A DNA stretch of 63,508 nucleotides, counting the filler, from Octopus bimaculoides (taxonomy: Eukaryota): assembly GCF_001194135.2 (NCBI RefSeq). It is 9 parts of 7 records of this genome, joined end to end, with 100 filler letters (N's around TTAATTAATTAA, not from the genome) between each part and the next. Parts side by side here need not be neighbours in the genome. Positions count along the whole stretch, not along the records: positions 24,192 to 42,389 come from NC_068998.1; 8 more parts are not named here. One strand, 5' to 3'. Position 1 is the stretch's first letter; each line of letters opens with the position of its first letter. The translations under genes and the position numbers were made by a program. The notes beneath the pieces are model-generated. The model did not search any database. It was given only the letters and a program-made list of their open reading frames with translations, and was not told the origin of the DNA. Positions 24,092-36,845 of this stretch are shown here, in pieces.

Positions 24092-25950
24092 NNNNNNNNN
24101 NNNNNNNNNNNNNNNNNNNNNNNNNNNNNNNNNNNTTAATTAATTAANNNNNNNNNNNNNNNNNNNNNNNNNNNNNNNNNNNNNNNNNNNNCGATAGAAT
24201 AAGTACCAGGCTTGACAAAAAAAAATAAAAAATAAAAAAAAAAGACGGAAGAACTGGAGTCGATTCATCCGACTAAAGATTCTTCAAGGCGGTGCCCCAG
24301 TATGGCCGCAGTCTAATGGCTAAAACAAACAAAAAACGATAGAATAAGTACTAGGCTTACAATGAATAAGTTCTGGGGTCGATTTTCTCGACTAAAGGCG
24401 ATGCTCCAGCATGGCCGCAGTCAAATGACTGAAACAAGTAAAAGAGTAAAAGAGCAAAAAGAGCCGTCTGTCCTGTTTGTACCACCTCACAATGGACAAC
24501 AAATGGAGGATCAACAAGACGTGGCCGTTCCAATACCATTGAGTACCCTCTCCTCAGCAATCACTTCCTTTACGTTAACCGAACTGCCAATGCGAAATTC
24601 TATGTAAATACACTGTTGTTACAATTACAACGAAATCAAGGAAATGAACTGGACTATTCAAACCTGTTTCTTAACCATTTTTGGCCAATGGACCCCTTTG
24701 ATTCCGGTTTTATTTGGGTAGACCCTCATGGTCATTTAATGTTTAAAGAATCCTATTATATAGGGGTTAGGCGTGGCTGTTTGGTAAGAAACTTGCTTAC
24801 CAACCACATGGTTCCAGGTTCAGTCTTACTGCGTGGCATCTTGGGCAAGCGTCTTCTACTATAGCCTCGGGCCGACCAAAGCCTTGTGAGTGGATTTGGT
24901 AGACGGAAACTGAAAGAAGCTCGTCATATATATATATATATATANNNNNNNNNNNNNNNNNNNNNNNNNNNNNNNNNNNNNNNNNNNNNNNNNNNNNNNN
25001 NNNNNNNNNNNNNNNNNNNNNNNNNNNNNNNNNNNNNNNNNNNNNNNNNNNNNNNNNNNNNNNNNNNNNNNNNNNNNNNNNNNNNNNNNNNNNNNNNNNN
25101 NNNNNNNNNNNNNNNNNNNNNNNNNNNNNNNNNNNNNNNNNNNNNNNNNNNNNNNNNNNNNNNNNNNNNNNNNNNNNNNNNNNNNNNNNNNNNNNNNNNN
25201 NNNNNNNNNNNNNNNNNNNNNNNNNNNNNNNNNNNNNNNNNNNNNNNNNNNNNNNNNNNNNNNNNNNNNNNNNNNNNNNNNNNNNNNNNNNNNNNNNNNN
25301 NNNNNNNNNNNNNNNNNNNNNNNNNNNNNNNNNNNNNNNNNNNNNNNNNNNNNNNNNNNNNNNNNNNNNNNNNNNNNNNNNNNNNNNNNNNNNNNNNNNN
25401 NNNNNNNNNNNNNNNNNNNNNNNNNNNNNNNNNNNNNNNNNNNNNNNNNNNNNNNNNNNNNNNNNNNNNNNNNNNNNNNNNNNNNNNNNNNNNNNNNNNN
25501 NNNNNNNNNNNNNNNNATTTTGAACTGGGGAAAGGTAAAGTTGATCTCGGCGGAATTTGAACTCAGAACGTAAAGACAGACGGCATACCACTAAGCATTT
25601 TGTCCGGCGTGCTAATGATTCCGCCAGTTCGCCGTTTTCATTAAATTCTTTCTAAGTTTGGCACAAGGCCAACAGGTAGCTATTTCATCGACCCTAGATC
25701 TATTAAATACAAAGTCGTCCTCCGGTGTATTTGAACTCAGAGCGTTAAGATTCGGAAGAAGTATTTTGTCTGGCGTGCCAACGATTCTGCTAGCTTGCCG
25801 CCTTAATGAATTTAATTGATTTATAAATGCAGTGACGGCTGAAATTCTCTTGTAATGGATATATGCCATAGGAAAGTTTAGTATGGAAAAAGAACAACAC
25901 TGCTTTCACATCAGAAATTTATGTAACAAAAAGCTATTCGTTTGACTCAC

Positions 25951-26156
25951 CTGCGTTACATCGTCTTCAGGTATTTCGTAAGTGTCTTCAGTAAGACTTG
26001 GGGTGGTAGTGGACTTGTCATTTTCTGTTGGACTCCGTTCAGTATTGATAATGATCAGGTCAGGATTTGTCGGACTCCGGTCAGTAACAATGACGAGGTC
26101 AGTCTCTATTGGCTTAATGTCTATGTTGCGTCTTCTACTGCGGTTGTGACTTTTCC
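25951..26156 (-). CDS. Candidate internal exon (phase 1-0) encoding a Ser/Thr/acidic-rich segment (GKSHNRSRRRNIDIKPIETDLVIVTDRSPTNPDLIIINTERSPTENDKSTTTPSLTEDTYEIPEDDVTQ)
   Basis: Acceptor gttgtcttggtcacag|, perfect donor CAG|GTGAGT, 206 nt stop-free, with an internal peptide duplication (DLVIVTDRSPT / DLIIINTERSPT). Gene not recognised. Confidence 0.55.
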
Positions 26157-26199
26157 CTGTGACCAAGACAACGTTTAGTAGTAGTAGTAGTAGGTAATA

Positions 26200-26507
26200 T
26201 TGTTGTTGGCACTCCGTCGCTTACGACGTCGAGGGTTCTAGTTGATCCGATCAACGGAGCAGCCTGCTCGTGAAATTAACGTGCAAGTGACTGAGCACTC
26301 CACAGGCACGTGTACCCTTAACGTAGTTCTCGGGGATATTCAGCGTGACACAGTGTGACAAGGCTGACCCTTTGAATTACAGGCACGACAGAAACAGGAA
26401 GTAAGAGTGAGAGAAAGTTGTGGTGAAAGAGTACAGCAGGGTTCGCCACCATCCCCTGCCGGAGCCTCGTGGAGCTTTAGGTGTTTTCGCTCAATAAACA
26501 CTCACAA
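26200..26507 (-). mobile_element. SINE family C-related copy, head lost in gap
   Basis: Shares GGAGCTTTAGGTGTTTTCGCTC and GAGAGAAAGTTGTGG with the copies at 46709-46962 and 56708-57025. Confidence 0.75.
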
Positions 26508-27416
26508 NNNNNNNNNNNNNNNNNNNNNNNNNNNNNNNNNNNNNNNNNNNNNNNNNNNNNNNNNNNNNNNNNNNNNNNNNNNNNNNNNNNNNNNNNNNNN
26601 NNNNNNNNNNNNNNNNNNNNNNNNNNNNNNNNNNNNNNNNNNNNNNNNNNNNNNNNNNNNNNNNNNNNNNNNNNNNNNNNNNNNNNNNNNNNNNNNNNNN
26701 NNNNNNNNNNNNNNNNNNNNNNNNNNNNNNNNNNNNNNNNNNNNNNNNNNNNNNNNNNNNNNNNNNNNNNNNNNNNNNNNNNNNNNNNNNNNNNNNNNNN
26801 NNNNNNNNNNNNNNNNNNNNNNNNNNNNNNNNNNNNNNNNNNNNNNNNNNNNNNNNNNNNNNNNNNNNNNNNNNNNNNNNNNNNNNNNNNNNNNNNNNNN
26901 NNNNNNNNNNNNNNNNNNNNNNNNNNNNNNNNNNNNNNNNNNNNNNNNNNNNNNNNNNNNNNNNNNNNNNNNNNNNNNNNNNNNNNNNNNNNNNNNNNNN
27001 NNNNNNNNNNNNNNNNNNNNNNNNNNNNNNNNNNNNNNNNNNNNNNNNNNNNNNNNNNNNNNNNNNNNNNNNNNNNNNNNNNNNNNNNNNNNNNNNNNNN
27101 NNNNNNNNNNNNNNNNNNNNNNNNNNNNNNNNNNNNNNNNNNNNNNNNNNNNNTTTCCTCGAGACGCAATATGTTGACGTATTAGCAAATGAAAATTTTT
27201 TTGGAGAACTCTTAGAAAATGGACTATAACTTCTTAAGGAACGCCTAATATCAATACTCGTGGGTGGAAGGGGTTCGTCAACAAAAATGGCTTAGTTTAC
27301 AAACTTTCAAAACTCTTATTAAAAATACTTGCCAAACGTGAATATGCCACGTGACTGAACACTCCAACAGCAAACAAAAGACCGATAAAAGTCAAAGCAC
27401 ACAAATGAGCGTACAA

Positions 27417-27457
<41 letters not shown>

Positions 27458-28080
27458 ATATATATAATATATATAATTGAGGAAGAAAACGAACAGTTTA
27501 GCGAAAGATTAATAAATGAAAATAAAAATAGTTCAAATACTCAAACAAGTTTCAAAGACAGCAATAGTAATATTAAAAGCAATTGTGATTGCTGCATGAA
27601 GCTAAACACTACAATCGTTATTCATGGAGTAATTGTGTCAAAGTGACATTAACCGACAATACTCCACTAAAAAAAATGAACAAGATTTACAAGATCGAGA
27701 CGAGGGAGAAACACTGCCATTGATAGTAAAGATGTCGTCACGTAGAGATCACGAAGAGGTATGCCCAACACTGTTGCGCTGAAGAAATGAACAAAAAGCC
27801 TGATGTTATTAAGAAGGGTAAGAAGGATATGAAGTGCTTGTTTAACAGTATTACTATACCTTTCTAAGGTGGCGAGCTGGCAGAAACTTTAATACGCTGG
27901 GCGAAATGCTTGGCGGTGTTTCTTCTTAGTTTATCGACCTTGAAACAATAAAAGGCAAAGTCGACTTCGGCAGAATTTGAACTCAGGACGTAAGGAGCCG
28001 AACGAAATCCTGCTGAGCCTGTTATCCTCGCAGTAACGATTCTGCCAGGTCGCCGCCTTTTACGTAATGTCAAAATGATT

Positions 28081-28300
28081 TATGATTTAGGAAAAGGTCT
28101 GGTCAAATAAATCATCTCCTATTCATGGATGATAGAAAGCTTTATGTGAAAAATGAGAAGCAGCTTCAAAGTTTTGTGCGTACATTTCGCATTTTCTCAA
28201 ATGATGTAGGATTGGAATTCGGGCTTGAAAAATGAGTTATTTTTATAATGAAATAAGGAAGAACTGAAAGAAACCAAAGAAGTGAAATGTCTGATGACCA
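28081..28300 (+). mobile_element. Degenerate RT fragment of an R4/Dong-like LINE
   Basis: Translates GQINHLLFMDDRKLYVKNEKQLQSFVRTFRIFSNDVGLEFGLEK* (RT catalytic-DD region). Confidence 0.8.
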
Positions 28301-30003
28301 AACATAGAAATCTGCTGAAAAAGTGGCGAAATGAACTCACAGCATTGAAAAATAAACTAGGAGAGAGGTAAATATCGAAAGAGGAATCTTTCAAGGGGAC
28401 AGTATGTCGCCTCTCCTATTTGTTGTCTGCATACTGCCACTAACGAGCGTTTTAAGAAAGATGCGTGTGGAGTACATGCTAGACAGGATGTAAGTATTCG
28501 CTGAGACTGAGAAAGAAATTGGGAGTTTGACGGCAACTGTGCAGATGATTGGCAAAGATATTGGCATGGAATTTGGGATCGAGAAATGTGGTGTAATGAT
28601 TCTCAAAAGGAGAAAAATCAGTAAAAGTCGTGGGATCAAACTGGAAAGTGGTGAAACTATAAGGGAAGTCGGAGAGGAAGGATATATGTACCTGGGTATC
28701 ATTGAAAGAAATCAGATGAATGAACACAAGATGAAAGAAATGTACAGGAAAGAGTATTTGAAGAGAACTCGGCTTGTGCTCCAGTTGAAGCTAAATGACC
28801 GCTATAAGATTAGAGCGATTAACACGTGAGCGGTTGATTTGATGAAATATGGGGCAGGAATAATATCTTGGAAGAAGCATGAATTACAAGAGACAGACGG
28901 GAGAAAACGTAAATTAATGACAATGAACAAGGAACTACACCCCAAGAGTGATGTATCAAGATTGTATGTAAAGAGGAAAGAAGGAAGAACAGGGATTGGT
29001 GTATTGTGAAGGTTGTGTAAGGGAAGAGGGGAATAGCCTGGCTTGGTATGCCAAGGGGAGTAAAAGAAGAAAGGATTGAAGCAGTGAAAATGCAAGGAAC
29101 CTTAAACGTGAATGAAATCGTAGATCCAACACAATTTAAGAAAGACCAGAAAGAGCAGATGAAGAAAATTTGGCAAGACAAGAAAATGCACAGTCAGTTC
29201 TTGAAGAATGAAGATGAGATTGATTGGAATAGAACCTGGTAATGGATGCAGAAAGGAGACTTAAAAGGGCCCACGGAGGCATTAGTGTGCAGCGCTGAAG
29301 AACAAGCTCTCAGAATAAATTGCTCCAAATATCACATTGATAAAAGCACTGACTCGCCACAGTGTACGATGTGCTCTGAGAAAGAAGAAAGTATAAGCCA
29401 TGTTGTTAACGAGTGCTGTAAGCTTGCACAACACGATTTTGTGGCTAGATATGTCCACTGGCTGTTGTGCGGTAAAGGAAACCTCGAGAGAGCCCAACGA
29501 TGGTATGAATACAAGCCAGAGGGAATAATGGAAAACGAACATTACAAAATACTGTGAGATTTTAACATGCAGTGAGACTAAGTCATAGAGGCGAGACGAC
29601 CAGATATCGTGCTCATCCATGAAGATGAAAAAGAAGTGTAAAGATAATAGATGTTGCAATACCAGGCAGTTCTAAGGTGAAATGTAAGGAAACAGAAAAG
29701 ATTGAGAAACGCCAGCCCTTACGGGACGTGATAGGAATATTATGGGGCATGGGAAAAGTAATGGTGATACCGGTGGTAATTAAAGCATTAAGAGAAGTTT
29801 CCAAAGGCTTTGAAAAACATATTAAGAATACTGGAGCTACTGTTATGCCGAGGTGATCCAAAAGACAGCATTGTTGGGTACAGCTCGCATTCTAAGGAGA
29901 AATTGTCTCTTTGAGTCACAGGAGAAGGCACTACTTGAAAGCTTTGGTGATTTGTTATTGCCTGCTTTCAAGTAAAGAATAACCGGTCAGAGAGTCTTTC
30001 AGA
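28300..30003 (+). mobile_element. Degenerate 5'-truncated R4/Dong-like LINE (RT + CCHC + REL endonuclease remnant)
   Basis: RGIFQGDSMSPLLFV, DIGMEFGIEKC, YMYLGIIE, CTMCSEKEESISHVVNEC, RRPDIV, QKTALLGTARILRR; several stops and frameshifts; ends in an AAT-rich tail. Confidence 0.9.
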
Positions 30004-30620
30004 ATAACAATAATAATGATAACAATCTTTTCTGCCAGAGGCACAAGACCTGAAATTTGTGGGGAGGGGGGTAAGTCGATTTCATCTATCTCAGTATTAC
30101 ACAGGTACTTAATTTATCGACCCCCGAAAGGATGAAAGGCAAAGTCGACCTTGGCGGAAAACGAACTCAGAACGTAGCGGCAGACGAAATACCACTAAGC
30201 ATTTCGCCCCGTGTGTTAACGATTCTGCCAGCACGCCGCCTTATAAATAATAACAATAACAACAACAATAATAATAATAATAATAAATCACCTGTAGTTA
30301 TGGCTGATTTTGCTACGGAGATCGTCAGGAACAATATCAAAATGTGTGGCATTGTTATTTTTGAATAGGTTATTTGAAATATTAAAGGTTTCTGTATTTC
30401 ATGTCGAAATATCAGTGAAGAATTAGAAGATCAATAAAGACAGACATGATAGAAGAATAGACAGAAATAATCGCCGATTGATGACGTCACTGCTCTTGTT
30501 AAATCACATGACCTGTTGCCCATATTTAGCTTGGTATGTCACTGGGAACGAAAAGAAGTTCTAAATGTACATCTGACGTACATACATGTGTGTGTGTGTG
30601 TGTGTGTGTCTGAACGATCG

Positions 30621-30653
<33 letters not shown>

Positions 30654-31409
30654 CGTGTGTGTGTCTGAACGATCGATGTGTGTGTGTGTGTGTGTGTATG
30701 TGTGAGGAATCNNNNNNNNNNATGTGTGTGTGTGTGTGTGTGTGTCTGAACGATCGATGTGTGTGTGTGTGTGTGTGTGTGAGGAATCAACTGGTGTCTG
30801 AGTACGACCATTTCTTGAACAGTTATACATTTCTTAAATGTTACCATGGAAATTCACCAAAAGAAGACACAGTTGCCAGCCACATGGCTGATGGCCAGTT
30901 CCAGAATTTGGGGATCCATGATGGAACCATCTTTTCTGGGTCTTTCCTGATTGATAGTTGGTCAGTGTTATTCTTGCATTGTATGTATGTATGTATGCAT
31001 GTATGTATGCATTGTATGTATGTATGCATGTATGTATGTCTACGTATGTGTTTGTGTATGTATGTTTCTAACCTAGATCCAAGGCTCCTTCATTGGAATT
31101 TCAACATCAACAACAAGGTATTTTTGTATGTATACATGTATGTATGTATGTATATATGTATGTAAAAGTAGAAGCAAACAACAGTGGTGGACCTAAAATA
31201 TATATTGGGATTACTGAAATGACATTAAAAAATAGATTATATAAACAAGCATTCATTTGTTAGCCCTGCGGCTTTGTTGAAATTTCTATGTTTCTTGCGT
31301 GAGACAAATTCAAAATGATCTGGTCAACTGTAGATAGAACACAACCTTACAGGAACGGTAACTTCAAATCAAAATTATATCTATGATTGAGCGTAACATT
31401 AAGAATTTT

Positions 31410-31552
31410 GAAGTAGTTGTATGCTGTCAACTTAATGTGATAGCCCCCTGAAGGGAATAATACTACTGTTGGTTAGACCTAGGAAGCTTCCAACAGTTGT
31501 ATTATTCCCTTCAGGGGACTGTCACATTAAGTTGACAGCATACAACTACTTC
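31410..31552. repeat. Near-perfect 143-bp hairpin (63-bp arms, 17-nt loop); probable foldback MITE
   Basis: GAAGTAGTTGTATGCTGTCAAC...ACTGTTGG / CCAACAGT...GTTGACAGCATACAACTACTTC; 60 of 63 positions complementary. Confidence 0.92.
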
Positions 31553-32561
31553 ATCGTATCACTGCTGCATAAATCTCTCTCAGAGATTTAGAAATGTATT
31601 ATGTCTAAAAAATTAAGAATTTTGTTTTGAAGTAGTAATGGCTTGCAAAAAAACAAAACAAAAAAAACACAATTATTAGCACCCGATATGCATGGAGTTA
31701 AGTAACTTTTGAGTAAATACCAGCCTCATTGAATTTCGTCCTGCTTCGGGGAGAAAAAGTATTGGTTTCGAAGTTGGCTTATTAAAAAAAGAATGCATGC
31801 ACATACAACACACACACACACACACGTTTGTAAAATAACATGTATTGTTCATAAAATATTTAAAATATTAAACAACACTGCAATTTCTTGGAAACTTATT
31901 GTTAGTGACACCGTATGTTATAAAAGTTTTTTCGGGTATTTCCTTTTGTACCAGCACTAAAATGACAAAAATGTGAGATTGAGACAGTCTGTTTTGGGTG
32001 TGTCACTAGCAGGATATTTAAATAAAAAAGAATAAAAAAAACATAACTTATTATATATTTAAAAGTATATAATATTATATTATATAATATTTAAAAATAT
32101 ATTTCAACAGATAAGCCAATAAAGAGCATATCCGGGTTACCCATTGAATAATGGGAAACGTGTAACTGGGAGTGCTTGAATTACGAGCCTTTCAGTTATA
32201 TTGTTAAAGAACACATTTACATACACTTTGTTCAAAAAGTCTCTCCGTAGTATTTTATTGCAAAATAAATATTTATAAGCTGGTATATGACTACAAAAGA
32301 ATATATTAGACTTTAAAAGCCTTTATAGGAGGGGTTGAAAGTGTTGTCCTTCATTTTCAATACATAAGTTGACTCTTCTATACAGGTTTTGAAATACATC
32401 TTGGAGAGTCTGACGCGCGGTATGGTCCGTGTGAAGATTACGATTGCGTCTTTTCGCTCATCAATTCACTGCAGAGAGACTTTTTGAACATCCTGTATAA
32501 TGTACAGTAATTTATCGCTTCTCGATGCATCAGCAAATGTGTGTGTGTGTGTGTGTATATA

Positions 32562-32777
32562 CGATGGGCATGCTGTAAAGTTCCTGGCTTTGGGTAAAAG
32601 AAAATACAGGAGGGTCAGTTAATTAGGCTTTTATTCAACATATTCCCCTCAGATTCATTCACTTACTGCAGCAGTCCTTCAGTTTTTCTAAGCCCTGTAA
32701 AAGAACTCGGAAGGCTGGGCCTCCAGCCAGGCATTTTACGATATCCTTAAAAGCAGGAATTTTTCAGCATCCCCTCA
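32562..32777. mobile_element. Mariner-type MITE
   Basis: Imperfect TIRs CGATGGGCATGCTGTAAAGTTCCTGGCTT / AAGCAGGAATTTTTCAGCATCCCCTCA with flanking TA dinucleotides. Confidence 0.7.
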
Positions 32778-34859
32778 TACATATTCATGTCAGATTACTC
32801 TTAGTGCTACTGGTTACATATAACCCAGTACGACCTGTCACGTGGTCGGGTTACAAACCAGTAGCCCGACCAAGCCTGCTTGTTAAGGAGGTTTTGCTTT
32901 CGTCAAAGGATGGATGAACTCAGCAAGGTCAACGGCCATCAACTAAAAGTGAAAGAATCCATTGTCTTTCACTCTCTAGGAGAAGGAAAACTCGGAAAAA
33001 GCACTCACCTCATTGCAAAGCCTGCGATCCTACTCGGAGTTGTTTTTGAAATACTTGGCTGTGAGAGTCTTAGTAGTGTTGTACAAGTTGATATTGACTT
33101 TAAATTCTTGCGCGAGCATTGCTGACAAATACTGTCTTTAATAACGTTTTGGATAAAATCATTTGTCAGTGATGGTCATATTCGTCTCCAAGTTGACAAC
33201 CATCATGTGTGAGTGTATGTATGTATTGTCTGTATGTATGTATGTATGCAGTTATGTATGCATACATGTATGTATGTTTGTATGTCTGCAGTTATGCATG
33301 CACGTATGTATGCATGTTTGTATGTTTCAATGTATGTATGTATGTGTGTTTGAGTGTATGTATGTATGCATTATGCATCCATGTACGTGTGTGTGTATGT
33401 ATAGAGAGATGCTTGTTTCACATCATATATATATATATAAAACGCTAAAGTAAAGGATTACTCAATGCTTCTTAGTAGACTACATATTAATTTTTATAAG
33501 GGAAAGATTGACAGTGGCTTCGGCAGTTTGGCTTACTCACATTCATCAGATTTTGATTTACTTGGCTTCTTTTTGGCAGGTCGTTTATGGTAGGTGGCCT
33601 AATGTGAAGGATAGTTAGGTTTGGTGTAGGCAGACAGAGAAAGAAATTGTGTAGGAAGGAGGATAATAGAAAAGTATGTCTGTTGTTTTGAAGAATTTTA
33701 CTGTTTTTCTGAGAGTGAGATAAAGTGTTATTGTTGTTGTTGTTTGACTCTAGGTCAGTTTTGATGTCCCAGCAGTGACCTTATGATATTTTTACAGCGA
33801 AAAAAAAATATCATGCACAGGCATCGCTTGGAAAGAAAGATAAGACCTATCACAAAAAAAAAATGGCTGATCGTAGCCTTCGCATGTGTGGGACTTTCGA
33901 TCGGGCAATGGTAATACTTGAACCGTGTTTGAAGCCATCGTATATATGCTGGCATGGAAAACAGGTATTAAACAACACTTGTGATATATATACACATATA
34001 AATATGCATCAACCATAAAATATACACAAACAAATAAATAAATAAAAACAAAACCATTTAACAAATAAATAAATAAATAAATAGATAAATAAAACACAAC
34101 ACAATTTTTGTAGAATTAATTTCATTTTATTATTTTTATATAATTTATTTTATTTAATATTTTTGTTTTCAATATTTTTTTATAAAATTTTTTAATTTTT
34201 CGCTTTAGCAATATATATATATATATTTTTGTTTGTTTTTTGTAAATACAAACCACCCCCTCCCCTTGCTTGAACTGAGACATTAATTGATCAAATGGTA
34301 TTGAACCATCGTAGTTATTGTTGCCGATGTCGTTCCTGTTAATCCTTTAGCATTTAAAGCAGCTGTATCTAGCCATAATAATCGACTGGCTTTATTTTCA
34401 AAAAGGCTAGATCCAGCCTCTCACACCTACCCTACAATGTCATTCCAAAAATAAACATCACGTCATTGAAATCTTGAAGCTACGAGATAATACGTAATTA
34501 ATTCAAAACAATTTGATTAACTAAGCATTGCTTTTCATGGAGGAAGTTCAGTGCCAAAGGATTAACTAGATATATATCAACAAGCAACAGCAGAAATGGT
34601 AGTGTGGTGGAGATTAAGTGGATTAAAAGAAAGATTAAGGATCAAAGGAATCAAGAGAAAGAGGGAGAGAGGGGGAGGTGTAGACAAAGAGGGAGAAGTG
34701 GGATGGGAGTGAGAGAAAGGTATGTAGAGTGACAGAGAGATAGAGATAGAGAAAGAGACAGATAAAGACAGAGAGGGAGAGAGAAGAGATGAGGGTGCAA
34801 GCCAGAGGTATACAAAGTGATAGAGAGACAGAAGAGAAGTTAAGTTTTGCTCAATACAG

Positions 34860-35600
34860 AATATGGAAGAGAACCAGAAATATGGAAGTTATAATCTCCA
34901 GAAGGCAGTAATGGGGGAAAAATGGAGAAATATTCTTCCAGAAGGCAGCAGATGGAACATCAGTGAAAGATATGCCTCCACAGACTAAAAGCTGGAAGTA
35001 ACATGAAAAATAATCCTTCAGCAATGAAGCTGGAGGAAACATGGAAGATGTTCCTCCACAGAACTGAGGCTGGAGGTAACATGGAAGATATGCTTCTACA
35101 GAACAGAAACTGGAGGTAACATGGAAGATTTTCCTCCAGAGAATAGAAGCTGGAAGTAACATGGAAGATATGCCTCCAGAGAGCTGAAACTGGAGGTAAC
35201 ATGGAAGACATTCCACCAGAGCACAGCAACTGGACCATGGAGCAAACATGGAAGATATTACCTCCAGAAGGTAGTAAAAAAAAAACCATAAAGTACAAAA
35301 TATTCTTTGAAAGAGCAGTATTTGAGTAATAGTGAGAAATGTCTCCCAAAAACCTCCCCAACCAATCCCTATGGAGGTAATATAGAAAATGTTCCTCCAG
35401 AAGGTAGTAGAAAAAAACTAAAAGTAGGAAAATACCCATTCTCCCTAGAGACAGTAGCTGGAGGCCAAAGATAAGATATCCCTCCAGGTGGCAGTTGAAA
35501 CAAGGAAAATGGAAGTCAGTAAGTGGAGGTGGAGCATAGAAGAAAAGTAAAAAAAACAGGTAAGTATTTCCTCCAGAAGGTATTGGAAGAATGAAATGTG
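34860..35600. repeat. 40-bp minisatellite core (~34990-35250) with degenerate flanking copies
   Basis: TGGAGGTAACATGGAAGAT..CCTCCA.AGA recurs at 35071, 35111, 35151 and 35191 (exact 40-bp period, not a multiple of 3). Confidence 0.88.
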
Positions 35601-35643
35601 GAAGATAGCCATTTTTGTTGATTTTAAGATGCTGTATAATAAA

Positions 35644-35675
<32 letters not shown>

Positions 35676-35909
35676 TAATAATGATTTCAAATTTTGGCAG
35701 AAGGCCAGCAGTTTTGGGTGGTGTGGAGTGGGGGTTAAGTGGATTACATTGACCCCCAGTATTTACTTTATTGACCCTGAAACAATGAAAGGCATAGCCA
35801 ACCTCTGCTGAGTTTGAACTTAGGACATAAAGACTGTTGAAATGCTGATAAGCATTTTGCCTAGTGCGGTAACAATTCGGCCTGCTTGCCATCAATAATA
35901 ATAATAATA

Positions 35910-35944
<35 letters not shown>

Positions 35945-36791
35945 AATGATGATGATGATGATGATAATAATAATAATGATAATAATGATAATGATAATAA
36001 TAATAATAATGATAATAATAATAACAGCAGTAATAATGATTTGTATTTTAGGTACAAGGGCCTGAAATTTTGGGGTAGGTGGCTAGACGATTATATCAAC
36101 CCTAGTACGTGACTGGTACTTACTTTATTGACTCCTGAAAAGATAAAAGGCAAAGTTGAGATTGGTGGGATTTGAACTCAGATTATAAAAAGCTGAGAGA
36201 TGCACTAACGATTTTGCCAGATTGCAGTTTGATAATAACGATGTTTCCTAATTTGCATATATACAAAGGCAGCAATTATGAAAGGAGTGAGGTTAATCAG
36301 TTAAACGAACCCCCAAACATGCAGTGAACGATTTATTTTATTGACCTTACTGTCCTCCCAAAAGGGATGAAAGGAAAAGCTGACCTTAATGGGATTTGAA
36401 CTCAGAACGAGTTGAGTAAACAATGAGAGATTGCTCACCTTTAACATTAACATATCATCATCATCATCATCATCATCATCAACGTCATAATCATAATGAT
36501 CATCACTGTCATCGTCACCACCACGACCACCACTACCACTACTCACTCTCCACTGCCACCACTGTTTTACAACCATGATAGCCCATCCTGAGGCCAAACC
36601 CTTTGGTCACCTCTTGCATTCTGTCACAATGGGATTTAGTCCAGGACACATACGTACACATACACATACATATATATCTATGTATGTATGTATGTATGTA
36701 TGTATTTATATATATGGGTGTAGGTATGTATGCATGCATGTATGTATGTGTATATGTTTATATATATATGTATATATATGTATGTGTATAC

Positions 36792-36845
<54 letters not shown>

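Noticed and set aside
27633-27758. Open frame ...DRDEGETLPLIVKMSSRRDHEE ending at GAG|GTATGC
   Set aside because: The donor is plausible but there is no acceptable acceptor or recognisable homology.
33009-33125. Minus-strand segment ending at a perfect GAG|GTGAGT donor
   Set aside because: The only open frame ends in phase 2, incompatible with the phase-1 exon at 26156, and the peptide is unrecognisable; it could be a UTR exon but is unsupported.
34990-35250. Regularly spaced repeats (also 8611-8895, 17221-17360, 30600-30790) superficially like CRISPR arrays
   Set aside because: These are head-to-tail tandem units without unique spacers, in eukaryotic context with no cas genes.
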